A DNA stretch of 64,000 bases, filler included, from Sphacelaria rigidula (lineage: Eukaryota), in NCBI GenBank assembly GCA_964200075.2. It is 9 parts of 9 records of this genome, joined end to end, with 100 filler letters (N's around TTAATTAATTAA, not from the genome) between each part and the next. Parts side by side here need not be neighbours in the genome. Positions count along the whole stretch, not along the records: positions 49,887 to 56,912 come from CAXNAA020016894.1; positions 57,013 to 64,000 come from CAXNAA020017065.1; 7 more parts are not named here. One strand, written 5' to 3'. The notes under the pieces were generated by a model. The model was not told the DNA's origin, searched no databases, and saw nothing but the letters and a program-made list of their open reading frames with translations. Positions 52,235 through 64,000 of the stretch are shown here, in pieces (position 1 is the first letter of the stretch; each line of letters begins with the position of its first letter). The position numbers and the translations under genes were made by a program.

Positions 52235-54403
52235 CCAACGGATCGCGAGCCCAGCAATGAACAATGACCAATTCTAGAACCAAATCAGCGCTCACTCATG
52301 CCCTTTGTCCGCTCTGGAGTAAGATCCGCTCTTCCGTCTCCCAAAGATACTCTTCCCGCTGCCCCCGAAGCTCCCGCTCCCGGAAGACGTGGCGTGCCTT
52401 GAGGATCGCCGGCCTCCACGAGACCCGTATATCGCAGTATCACTTTCCGCCACAGAACTCGTCTCCAACGTGGATCCGGGGGAATCCGGTACCTGGCTCG
52501 AGTCATCTTTGCTCACACAGAGCGAAAAAGGATAGCGGGAACCGAAAAAATGGGTGGAAGGGAGCGGTCAATACAAACAAGGATAGGGTTGGAATTTCCG
52601 ATTGCCGACAGATGGAGTACGTGAACCTTACAGTCATTCTCTATGTGCCTATGGTGCCAATGAGACAGATGAAGACACCACACACACACACATAAATCTA
52701 ACAGAGCGGTCACAGGGTTAAGATAACGGAACCAGCCCGGCGTGAGACATACCCACGCTTAGGAGGGCTGACGGGGAGGAGACGGCATATAGGATACTAC
52801 CCGGCGTGCATATCACGGAGTAAAAGTGCTGCATTGGTATATGCTCTAAGTTATCGAACACAGCCACGCGCGGGAGAGATGAAATTCATCGAGAGAGAGG
52901 AGAGGGGAGGCAGAAAGGACAGAGATGCAGGACACGAGACGGTCTGTCATAAAATAGATAGCTTTTACTTCGTGATGCAAATGTATATAGAGAGGAAAGT
53001 GCCCTAGTAGGCCCAGTGCCATATATCAAGCACACTTCGGAAAAAACGGTTACAAAATGATGCTCACTACGTGAAACTCCTCTTTTTTTCGTTCGCAACG
53101 GTGAGTCTACATCTACAGCTTTCGTTTGCGCTCTTCAGAGTGTCAATCGACCTCGTCGCTCACGAGCTACAGCGATCACAGTCACCGGGCCTGGCCGTGC
53201 AGGCTGATGTTCGTTTGGTGTCAATCGTGCTGCTAAGGACGAAGCAAAAGGTGACACGGCATGTAGACTTGAGCGCGGCCCAAGCGGCCCGAAGCCCTGA
53301 CAGGAGCAAGCACATGACACCTACGGCGGCTGAGGAGGCTGTTTTGGCGGTGTACAGCACTCGCCACCTCAAGAGCGGATGTGAAAAGGGTACAACAGTC
53401 GGTCCTACAGCAGTTTTGACCCGACAAGATTTTTTTTATTTTGCTTTCAAGTGTGACGCGGGCGAAATCCGGAGCGTGTGCCCACGGTTGAACCCCCATA
53501 AAATGAGCAAACTGGTACCAGAATACATGATGTTTTTTCGGGAGCCTTCACATATCCACACAGCAGTCAATGCATCAATCTGTTAGTTGTGCGTTACCTG
53601 CCGTGCACGGGGCACGCATGAAGTAAAAATACACGAAAAATTGCCCCGAAATCGACGACCCTCAACCCCGGGGATGTGTGGTTTTTGTCCCCGGATATGG
53701 GCATGAGTGTGCTTTTATTTCCGATAGTGATGCCAAGTACACACATGATGTTTACACCAAATATTGGGTTCTGAGACGTTTCAGAACGTAGGTACTCGCA
53801 TAATACGCAAAATGTGTTTAATAGGACAGCAGTCGTACTTTCAGACTTTTCTGCGCGGAGGAACCATGAACCGCAGAGCCGCTACCGCCTCTCTCCACAT
53901 ACTCTTTTCTTTTCTTATTTTCTCTCGGATGTTGGAGAGTAGTCTCAGCTATCGTTGGATGCCAACATGTCGGTTCAAGTCAAACACTGCCAACAAACCA
54001 GCCATTGGCGTCAGGGGTGGCTTGAGGTGGGCCTAATACGGCACTTTCCTCCATGTACGTAAACATACGTACATCCATTACATTCCGTTTAACTTCAAGC
54101 CAAGATGAGGAAACACAATGAACTCCAGCTGACAGGGATGGAGGTTTCATAAACACCATGTCATTTTTGAATGATCATCAATGCGAGAGCCAAGGCACAT
54201 GACACACAGTAAAAAACAAACATAAACGCACGGCAGACTATGCAACGACAGCGTTGTGAGTACTCGGAATACGCTTTGATGTGTTCACGCTCTCAGTCTG
54301 TCTTTGCTACAACGCGGTTCGTCACAATCAGCGCTGCGGGGGTTGGGAAGAGCGTACTCATTTGTTGGTCGCCTTTGTCGTTTGACCACTGAACACGGGG
54401 GGT

Positions 54404-54436
<33 letters not shown>

Positions 54437-54600
54437 CAATCACCAAGCGCGAAGCGCCGTGGTGTGTTCGGCGAGTCCCATGAAGGATGAGCTGCATCCT
54501 GCTAAGATTGTTCCGCCCGAAGCGTACTAGCTATCTTGCATTTAGATGGCAGCCTCCAATGAGTTGCTTCATTTTCTAGTATCGCCTCTTCCAGAGATAT

Positions 54601-56840
54601 GGTGGTGGTGGGGTGGGGGGGCGCGCGCTTATTTATTGCTTGCCTCAGTCGTTTGACCATTGACCACGCATCCCTTTCGAGACGGAGCACCGTTCCTACT
54701 CCTAATAGAGACACCTTCAACATCTCGGTGCTCATCACGTTTATTCCATACACTACAAAACAACATTTTACATATCTTATCCCCGTCCTGTTTTGCCGTC
54801 TCTGGCTACCATTCATTCCCTGGTATACCCTTCGTTTTCTCCCTACTGTCTAATGCATCAAACGATTCCGTGCCACCTTCGTTCACGTTCCGCATTTTCC
54901 CCTCTAGCACGTCTCGTTCCTCCTCGTATAGTTCACATTCCGCCACTTCATGAGTTCCGCTCTCCATCGATTTGTCACCGAAGCAATTCTGTGCGTTTAC
55001 TTCCTCCTCCTCTCGACGACTGGTATATCTCTGTCTTCTTTCCGGCAGGTCCAGATCCCTCGCCCGAAATCGCAGTTTCAGATTTCGCCGCGTCCATTGG
55101 GGCCATGCAGGTATGTTTTCATCCCAATCCCATCTCTCGACCCCCCGTATATCTTCAGGTGTTCTTCCTCGTCTACCTTGCGTCTGAGCGCTCCCTTTTC
55201 CCTTATTTCGATCATGTCTCTTACTTTTGCCTTGTGCACCGCGCCTCCACCTATGGACAGAGTTTCGTCTTGATTTCCTCCTATCCCCTTCCATACTTTC
55301 TCGACTTGTTTATCCCACCTTATTCCAGCATTACCTATCGTAGTTTTTTTCCATACGGCCTTATCAACTGTAGCTGGCAATCTCTTCCTTTGCATATTCT
55401 TCACGCTACACTGTCATCGCAATTTCCTCATATCTCCATTCGTTTTGAGTGAGAACGTTTCCAAATATGCTCTCAGTGCTGAATTACTCGTCGTTATCGA
55501 GCATACAATTATCTTCTTTGCTGCTGCCGTCTGTGCTGTTTCCAATTCTTCTTCACCAACTCCACGTTCCCCTCCCATACTTCTCCTGCATATTCCAGCT
55601 TTGGCAACATCACGTTCATCACGATCCACCTCCTAATCCTAGTATCTGGCAGCGAGTCTCTGAGGATCACATCCAACCTGCCCACCTATGCCTTACCCTT
55701 TTTCTATTAGTTTATACATGTGTGTATCCCAAGTGCAGCTTAGTTGGATCTCTACGGCAAGGTATACATGCTGGTCTACGATCGGCAGTTCCTCTTCTCT
55801 CCACCTCCATTTGAACTCCACCGGATTTTTCTTATCTTCGTTACAGACGAGTACCGCGCATTTGTTGACGTTCGCTGTCATTCTCCATTTCCTGGTGTAT
55901 CCTAGCGCCGTTTTTTTGTTTCTGTGATCCTTTTGCTGTTTCTGATACCACCACAAAATTGTCTGCGAACATCAATCCTGACACCAGATCTTCACACATC
56001 TTGACTCCTCGCTTTGCTGCTTCTATTGCTATTATCAGGTCACTAATAAATACCTTGAACAAAGTGGGTGATGACATACATCCTTGTGCAACTTATGGTA
56101 AGATATCGAAATATTTCGATATTTCCCCGTCTAGCATCATGGCACTTTTGGCACATTCTGTTATTTTCTTCACCATTCTCCACATCCTTCCTCTGATCCT
56201 AGTTTCCCAGAACTTTTTGCACAGCCCATTTCTCCATACTGTGTCATAAGCCTTTTGCACGTCCAGAAAGAAACAGTACGTTGTCAGCCCGGTGTCTTTC
56301 CTATCTTGAGTAATCCTATCTAGTGTGTACACATGGTCTACGCAGCTACGGTTTGGTCTAAATCTTGCTTGTGCCTCGCTGATTTTCTCTTTTTTCTCTA
56401 GCATCGTTCCTACTCTTATCATTCAAAATCTTATAGAATCTTTCCCCTACCGTGCTCAGTAGCGTCATCCCTCTACAGTTTCCAGGGTCAGCCTTGTCTC
56501 CTTTTTTGAGGAGGCTGACTACTGCTTCTTCTCTCCACCTCTTGGGTTTATACTCGTTTTCCCACATCCAGCTATATAGTATGATCATCACGGTAATCAT
56601 TCCCTCTACCCCGTACTTCATAAGTCCACTCACCGTTTCGTCTGCCCCTGCTGCCTTTCTGTTCTTGAGTTTAGCTGCACACTCCTCTACTTCATCTCTG
56701 GTAAAATCTGCCTGCATTTCTTTGGGTCCGCAATAATCCCGTTTCAATGCCCCTACATTTGCCTCTGCTCACGCGTCGATTACTGTTTCGAGTTCCGTGT
56801 CGAACTCCATGTTTGTGTTTGGTTTTCCTAGTTTACGCAC
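54601..56840 (-). mobile_element. Decayed non-LTR retrotransposon (LINE, RTE/CR1-L2-like): reverse transcriptase plus C-terminal region, with frameshifts and stops
   Basis: RT motifs across frames: LKNRKAAGAD, LLKKGDKADPGNCRGMTLLS, QARFRPNRSCVDH, FLDVQKAYDTV, VAQGCMSSPTLF, LMFADN, NVNKC, YLAV. The 3' end is followed by a C-rich tail. Confidence 0.93.
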
Positions 56841-56844
56841 TACC

Positions 56845-56912
56845 GGTCGCCCCGCCGGCTCAGTTGGTAACCTCGTAACCTTCTGACGGTTGAGTAGGGG
56901 GGTTCGATTCCC
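56845..56912 (+). mobile_element. tRNA-derived SINE (family A) head abutting the LINE, cut by the scaffold end
   Basis: GGCTCAGTTGGTAACCTCGTAACCTTCTGACGGTTGAGTAG..GGTTCGATTCCC, as in 8906 and 19858. Confidence 0.8.
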
Positions 56913-57014
56913 NNNNNNNNNNNNNNNNNNNNNNNNNNNNNNNNNNNNNNNNNNNNTTAATTAATTAANNNNNNNNNNNNNNNNNNNNNNNNNNNNNNNN
57001 NNNNNNNNNNNNGA

Positions 57015-57295
57015 GACGGAGCTAGAGGCATGACTTCTGCCTACCCCTTTGTCGAAGCGGTTCAAGCGGCGGTGAGGCCGTATGTAATAGACGGTAACGA
57101 ACTTGTTGTGTATAGGCAGCTGATCTCCTTCGCGGAGAACTACCCAGAACATGTGACGGAGCATGCAGCGGCTGCTGCGGCATTCAGAAAGGCGTGCTAC
57201 ACTACTGTACTTCATCTGCGGCACAACGCCCCTGCCGTTCGAAGAATATTTGCCGCGGGAAATCGCGGCCCACCCCGACCACGAAGGGCTGTGTG
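57015..57295 (+). CDS. Coding exon of an unidentified gene (5' end cut by the scaffold start)
   Basis: Frame open from the scaffold start: DGARGMTSAYPFVEAVQAAVRPYVIDGNELVVYRQLISFAENYPEHV...RRAV, ending at a TG|GTGAGG donor; protein-like composition. Confidence 0.45.
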
Positions 57296-58054
57296 GTGAG
57301 GTGATGGGGACTATCCAAGGCCCCTAGTGGCAGGCCTCGGTTGCCACATCCTGTTGAAAGCTTTCCTTTGCGACTCATATTACTTGATACACCTGTACAT
57401 AACCTGATGCACACAACACCCGAATCATGGTACAGTCAGTTTGTACCTCCACCTGAAAATAAATGATGAAACTGAAACTTTCGGTCTTCATCTAAACCTG
57501 CCGTTACATATATACGTTGGTTTTTAGCAACATGAAGCCACTATTTCCTGCATATACAGGACACGTCATTCCCAACCAGCCTCGGTGGTCGTTCTGGGGG
57601 CCCAGTCCCAAAAGGGTTCATGTACCATTCGCGGGAATAGATGCGAACAGACGGCGAGTGTTCAGCGTAGAGCTCCCGCCGGTATGTTGGCTATACTCCC
57701 ACATGGCGTTTACATGTTTTCTCCAGTATTCTTACGGCCGATATCGCTTCGTGCACTGGGCGAAGACTGGCTCGGTCTCTCCATAGGAGACACGGTCATG
57801 CGTGTTCCCTGTGCCTCTCGGGAGGTTTCGTCTCCACTTCAACCCCTTGTACCTTGTACGAACGCGCGCCGAGACCGAGGCTCTCATTCTCTTTTGGACA
57901 GCGCACAGGCATTTTGGTACGTCATCCCGCTAGAGCACACCACTATTCCCAACGATGCTAGGCTCGCGTCACAGAAGTTGATGGGAACAGATATACCATT
58001 AGTCGGACAGCATTGCTGGTGCACTAGCTCAGCAAGTATCCTCTCCCCTCCCTT

Positions 58055-58172
58055 CGTTGGAGGTGTCTCTATTAGGAGTAGAACTGGTGCTCCGTCTCGA
58101 ACGGGATGCGTGGTCAATGGTCAATCGACTAAGGCAAGCAACAAATGAGTACGCCCCCCCCTCCTCCCTCCC
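58055..58172 (+). mobile_element. LINE 3'-end fragment with C-rich tail
   Basis: GGAGGTGTCTCTATTAGGAGTAGAACTGGTGCTCCGTCTCGAACGGGATGCGTGGTCAATGGTCAATCGACTAAGGCAAGCAACAAATGAGTACG followed by C run; CCCTCCCTT on both flanks. Confidence 0.85.
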
Positions 58173-58186
58173 TTTGCTGCCCGTGC

Positions 58187-58545
58187 GCCTGCTTTACGTC
58201 AAACACCGGATGATTCTTCAGAAAGATGGGAGAGTGCCACTCACCCCGGAGACGAGCTGTCTGAACAACGCCCGAGCATGGCTCTCCCCCAAACCACCGC
58301 GACTGCGGTTAACCAAGTCTCGGAGAGTCCCTCCGTCTTGGTAGTTCATCACGATGAACAGCACTGTTGCTGTTCATAGTGATGAACTACCAAGCCGGAG
58401 GGACTCTCCGAGACTTGGTTAACCGCAGTCGCGGTGGTTTGGGGGAGAGCCATGCTCGGGCGTTGTTCAGACAGCTCGTTTCCGGGGTGAGGTGGCACTC
58501 TCCTATTTTTCTGAAAAATCGTGCGGTGTATGACGTAGAGCAGGC
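58187..58545. ncRNA. Candidate long hairpin RNA locus: ~177-bp inverted repeat with 4-nt loop
   Basis: Arms 58187-58363 and 58368-58545, loop CTGT, 11 differences and an 84-bp perfect stretch. The inverted repeat is certain; transcription is not shown. Confidence 0.5.
58368..58486 (+). pseudogene. Ser/Thr protein kinase exon fragment (subdomains IV-VIa); mirror copy at 58245-58363 (minus)
   Basis: LFIVMNYQ(A/D)GGTLRDLVNRSRGGLGESHARALFRQLVSG followed by a GTGAG donor resembles CAMK-group L.IVMEY..GG.L.D......L.E..AR..FRQ.VS. No acceptor site or other kinase exons in the scaffold. Confidence 0.75.
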
Positions 58546-58902
58546 AACTCGTTTCCGGGGTGAGTAGGATCATTGCTTAGACGTGTAGAGCATCTCTGTA
58601 ATGCTTGAGAGGACCTCGTGCGGAGTAGACCGCATCGGAATCTGAATATCATCCCTATCCTTAGGGTTAGGGCTACACATGTGTATATGCCATCCTTTTA
58701 TTGCAACTTTTACCATCCTTGGACACGAGATCGTAAGTCTGAGGGAATCAACCCACATCTGCCGCGATATGTTGCCTAGTACTTCCCCTGTCCCTTAAGT
58801 GGGGAACTAGTTGGGGCGCAGATCGAATCTCCCGAACGTGGGCGCGCTTTCCGTGTTATAGTTGAGATCATTCGAAAAATGAAAGAGAAGGGATGCTCAC
58901 AG

Positions 58903-58975
58903 AATTGATTGATTGATTGATTATCTCACATTAGCTGATTGCAACAATCCAGCCCGTGGTCAGGAGCAGCAAAAA
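58903..58975 (-). mobile_element. 3' end of another retroposon with (TCAA)n tail
   Basis: Reverse complement CTGACCACGGGCTGGATTGTTGCAATCAGCTAATGTGAGATAATCAATCAATCAATCAA. Confidence 0.4.
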
Positions 58976-60376
58976 ATAAAACCAGAATAATGAAAGAAAT
59001 AAGAAGGAAGGAAACCGGAGAAGACAAATGCAGTGGCCTCATTAAGGAAAGAAGAAGGGAAGCAGCGATAACAACAAAACAACACCACCAGCAAAACAGC
59101 AAGAATCTACTGTAGGACGCATTGCATACACAGTTTCGGGTTAGAATTGGCCCGATTTTGGCCGATTTTGGCCATTTTCGTGCTGGACATGAGCGACAAC
59201 CTCTACCAAAGTGCCTTTGGATGGGGCATTGCTAGCTTGGCCTATGTTCATGAATTTGGCTGAAACAAAAAATGCCTCACCTACGTCTGTCGCCTAGGGC
59301 CGTTTTTTTGTTTTTGGCCCCCCGTAATGAGGGCGAAATTCGGGCGCTTCGCGGTCCGAATGATTAGTTTTGGCCGTTGGGCCATATGATGGAAATGGAT
59401 ACCCGTAAGAATAAAGTGCGAGGTTTAACTCATCAAGGGCCAACGGAAACCGTGGAAATACGAAGACACAAACCGGACACGGTCACAGTGTTACGCCCAG
59501 TTTAGTGTCACGTTTTTCATCACCACCCCCGAAACGCGACTTGATGGAGCAAATTAAGTTGACAGGGCAAAGTAATGACAACTATGGTGATGGATAGCTG
59601 TAGTACCTATCCTACACTACCCCTCCGTTGAAGTCTGGTCCAATTCCATCCAGTACAGCACACGAACGATCGACGGATGACCGGGAAAAAAGCCGACGAA
59701 ATCTATACAAGCCCAAAAGCCATTTTCCAATATGGCCTACCTACACGCGATCGCAGATAACTCGCGCTGCACGAATGGCAGCCAGCTGAAACTCAAGAGT
59801 CAGGTAGTAATCGCTAATAGCCATCGTTTAACATCAAAGTTGTATCAATTAGTTGTCGGGATCGCGGGTAAATTGCAGCAGATGAACCTTACTGTACGTT
59901 GACGTTTGTAGCTACGGCAAGGGTATGCGCAGCCGCCACGTCGAGGGCTGATAGAGATGCGTCTCAACTTCACAGAGCAATTTGATTTGTCTCTGCAGCT
60001 GCTGTGTGTATGGAGGTATTGCCATCTCGGCGGGGGGTGTTGGGACACATGAGTTGCGCTGGAAAAGCGTATCAGATACTCCTGAGTACCAAGAAAGCCG
60101 ATATCCAAACTAAGCCAGCGGCAATTGCGCCGCGTTTAGGTGCGTTTGTTGTCGGAGATGTCTTCTCCCACACTCCTTCATGGAAACAACAGTGTTGCCC
60201 ATCAGCAGAAAATATAGTTCAAACCTGTGCATGCCTTTATAGCTGCGGTGGCGTGCGAGGTCGCTGCCCAAAACATAGCGTACAAACACGCGCATACTGT
60301 CGTTAGCGAGGCCGTGACCCCTCCGAGTCTAAGGTTAGTCCTCATGGTGAACAAACGAGGCCAAAAAACTACTGTA

Positions 60377-60969
60377 CGAGCTGGGCCAGGTGACAGCGAT
60401 TTGTGATTGTATCCGGGCCGGGTGGTAATTGGTAATCCGAAAGCGTTGGGCGCTGAAATTCTGACACAACATTTGTTTATCACTACGCACAACCTTCCTG
60501 GGGATGCCAAGAAAAAAAGCAGACATTTAGAGCGATTCGAAGTTTCTGCAAAAACTAGAAGAATGTTGTAACTCTGTGAAAATAAATGAGTACGTGGACA
60601 TCGCTACTGTAGTTGTGCGTCCTTCAGTGGAGGACATCCTGGTGCAATTGCGGCCAAAATCTCGAGAAATTTGGCGCAGCATCCCACTTTTCGTGTGGCA
60701 CGGCTGCGCTCCTTGAATGCAAGTGATGCAGTTGACTCTAATTATGGAGGTGACGAGTTTGAATCCCGACGGATTCATTTCTTTGTTCCGTCGGTTAGGT
60801 GCTACATCATTCCGTACATTATTTCATTTTTTTGTCATTCAGCGGCGGTCCCGTGCGTTACCACGTTGGTCTGCAGGTCACATCGATATGCTCAAGTCGG
60901 GCTGATTTTGGAAAGTTAGTAAGTCATGGTGTGACATGTAAATGCGGGATTTACTGCCGGCCCAGCCCG
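60377..60969. mobile_element. Tc1/mariner-type MITE (~590 bp)
   Basis: TA|CGAGCTGGGCCAG ... CCGGCCCAGCCCG; interior homologous to 33306-33893. Confidence 0.7.
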
Positions 60970-63152
60970 CAGCACTATTTTTTTATTCATCTGTGTTATT
61001 TTGCGTCTGAAAGGGAACCAGGGGGGTATCGACAGTTTTATATGGCTTACGATACTGTAGGGAAAAAAAAACTAGAGGGTAGCTTAGTTTTTTATGATGT
61101 TTTTTTATACATGCACTCTTCTGCCAGAGTGGTCAAGTCCGGGGGAACAGTCCGTGTCACGTTCGCATTTTCCGGTGGTTGCAGATTTGTTCCGACTGGT
61201 CTAGCATTTTTGTCTAACAGTCGACACGAGTTGATAACTGTCATGGATTTCTACACCTGACCACCACTTCATCCTAAACTCGATTGATTTTGATAGTTCT
61301 TGGACAAACATACAACTTCGGCTAAACGAACAAGATACAAACACCTCAATCCGTTCATGTGATATGACAGATTTTGCGACGATGAACGCAATTCACCCCC
61401 AAAACGAATTGGAAGTGCCGCACGGTAAATCGAAAGGTTGACTGGCATACGATTGTGTCGGTCAGATTGGTTGTCTTGCGTTTAAACACTCACTTGATTG
61501 AGACATTACTATGTAGCCTCATGCACCACAGGCGATTCGCTGACGAGCGTAGCCAGATCACTCCCAATACACTTTTGCATTCCACGGTGCACCGCACATG
61601 CACGAGCCATCATCGCCATATACATGAGACACGACTCATGACTACAAAATGGAATAAAACAGCCTTGAGTTGTTCAGAAACGTTTGCGCAATCTATCTAC
61701 AGGAATAACGGGCCCAATATTTTCCACAGACTGAAATCAGAACGCGAAATATTCCTCATTGTCGTCGCCCGCTTCCGATGCCGAGTCCTCTCTTTCGGAC
61801 TCGCTGCATTCTGAATCCGAATATGGGATCCAGATCCCGGCTGCAGAGTTTGACCTGTGTCTGCCGGGTTCATCTATTCCGCAGTCGCAAAAGTACCCAC
61901 TGACGGGCTTTTGTCCCGGATGCACCCCCCCTACCCCCTGCCTCCCTCCGCCGTGCCAGTAACGCCCTTCACCATCGGTCATACCAACAGGGTGCCCCTA
62001 GCGCGTTGCTCGCTCCACTTGCCGCGCCCCTTGCGCGTGATGCAGCCGACTCGCCCCTTGCATGCTTCGCTGTTGACCGGCCTTTCCCGTTGCGCGACCG
62101 CCCGCGTGCGCGGCCATCTACGGCGGTGTCACTGATCAGATCTGGTCTCGAGTGCGCTCCACCCACCACCTCCCTCCTGGCGCCGCGCCAACAAGGCTCC
62201 TCACCATCAGTCGTATCAACAGGTGTCCCTGGTGTGCTGCTTGCTCGAGATATCGCCCTCATTCCACGTGATGCAGTCGACCCGCCCCTTGCATGCCTCG
62301 CTGTTGATCGGCTTCTTCCGTTCCGCGATCGGCCGCGTGCACTGCTCTGTCAGTCGCCGGTTTCTTCAGCGGAATTCGCGGCGGCCGCTCGTGAAGGAGG
62401 CGGGGGCAAGAAGCAGCGACCCTGGCAACCGCAGCTCAGAGTGCAGTTCCACTAACACCTGCAACTACGGCATCTTTAGTTTGACACCGCCCTTTCCGGG
62501 TTGAATGGACATCTGAGTATTTGCAGGTTTCCGGATGTGTCGACGCGTGTGTGACTCGACAAGCACACCATAATGTTATCGCATGACAGCTCCAACCCCC
62601 GCTGATATCGACGCTTTTACATCACCCGTGTGGTGAGTCCTCCTCTCGGGTTCGCAGCTGGCGCCCAACTTTGCATCCCATGAGTTGGCCCTGGGGATCC
62701 TCCACATCTGCCGCGAGTGTATGTACAGGGGGTGGTCGGGTGGGGAGTTGAACAACAACACTTCTGATCGAGCGTGTCATCTACCCTGCCCTTCTGACGT
62801 TCTCGCCTCCTGTGGCGACGGAGGTATATGTTCTCCGCCGCATGTAGCGGTCGCGGCGTCCTATCGTGATACTGAAGTACCATCAAAATTGAGGAGTCGA
62901 AATCTATGTCCATGTCAACGCCGGAACTCTCGATCCACGCCATGAGTTAATTTTTTATTCCGGGTGTCAGATTACTGACTCGAACTTCTTCTCCTGCTCG
63001 GGTCAGAAACTGAATGAGTGCGAGTTGTACATTCGCTTGCGTACAACGCGAGCCGTCGGTTTATGACGGCCCCGCTGTTTGTAGGAAGTGATGTAGATGC
63101 GTCTTCATCACATTGCTATACACACTTGTACTCCGAATAGCGTTTTCTTCGC

Positions 63153-63549
63153 AACGGGCAATTCTATAAAATGAGGTTGTACGATCAGTGCCTTCCCCGT
63201 ACTTTCAGCGATGGTGCCCCATGATGTTTTCGTCGGCCTAATGCCCCTCCATCGCGTAGATACTTCTTCTGCACATTTTACCGAATCTGTGAGCTTACAG
63301 CGCTGACCGAAACCGTCGTTTCCCCTGATATGACTCCCCTCAGAAAAAACCAGGGAAAATGATGGTTACTGGCAGCGCTGTATATTCTCACAGAGTCGGT
63401 AAAATCCGCTCAAGAAGTATCTACGCGATCAAGGGGCATTAGGCTGACAAAAAGGTCATTGGGCACCATCACTGAAAGTGTGGGCAAAGCACTGTTTTGG
63501 GCTTGAATCTCATTCCATCGAACAACCTCATTTTATAGAATTGCCTGTT
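63153..63549. mobile_element. Foldback MITE with ~140-bp inverted arms
   Basis: GGCAATTCTATAAAATGAGGTTGT...GCCTAATGCCCCT..ATCGCGTAGATACTTCTT is mirrored by AAGAAGTATCTACGCGAT..AGGGGCATTAGGC...ACAACCTCATTTTATAGAATTGCC. Confidence 0.8.
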
Positions 63550-64000
63550 TCTTGCTGTGAACGCACTTCAGCACAAAGCTCTGCATACTTTGCCGGCACC
63601 GCAATGCTCTGAACTGCACCGAACTTTACTGTACTGTACTACACTGTGCTGTGCTGTGCTGTGCTGTGCTACATCTTGCTGTGCTACATCTTGCTATGTG
63701 CTGTTGGTGCAGTACACGGCAGTCCAGATGACCCATGTACTGGTGCGGATAAAAGGTTTTAACGTTTCCAAACTTCAGTCACATTTGACGTACGACATGG
63801 ATGGATTTCAACACAACATTTCCCTATGGAAAGATTGACCTCTCTAGATGGTGAAAACACTCTCCTAGTCTCTGATGGTGGCGTCATACTGACTCGAACT
63901 CCTTCTCCTGCTCGGGGGGGGGGGGGGGGGGGGGGGGCCCGGTTGCACAGGGTCTGGAAAAGGCCCCAAAAAAACAAACCAATTACAGGACGACATCCGG

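Noticed and set aside
52264-52695. Retroelement 3' fragment ending in (CA)n
   Set aside because: No recognisable domain motif or second copy in the window.
53071-53586. 171-aa ORF
   Set aside because: No recognisable motif and no convincing splice-site pair.

Overview
Eukaryotic, repeat-rich nuclear DNA of roughly 50% GC. It has GT-AG introns, many poly-G/C and (CA)n tracts, and a LINE/SINE/MITE repertoire that by my recollection resembles brown-algal (Ectocarpus-like) genomes; that assignment is an inference. The window is not one locus. It is nine size-sorted scaffolds of about 7.03 kb joined by an artificial 100-nt linker (44 N + TTAATTAATTAA + 44 N), so no synteny can be read across linkers. 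Host genes appear only as isolated exons: a PIH1D2-like exon, the last two exons of a DsbA/thioredoxin-fold gene, and two unidentified exons. Repeats include a decayed non-LTR retrotransposon with RT (54.6-56.8 kb) plus eight short 3'-end copies ending in C-rich tails, tRNA-derived SINEs, Tc1/mariner-, piggyBac- and foldback-type MITEs, and a 42-bp minisatellite. One scaffold consists of two satellites: 164-bp monomers with internal dyad symmetry, and ~86-bp monomers. An intronless decayed multi-kb coding region of unknown origin lies at 37.7-42.6 kb. The most striking item is a ~360-bp near-perfect hairpin (58187-58545) formed by inverted duplication of a protein-kinase exon plus intron start, a candidate hairpin-RNA/proto-miRNA locus. 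Most ORFs in the supplied track are spurious.
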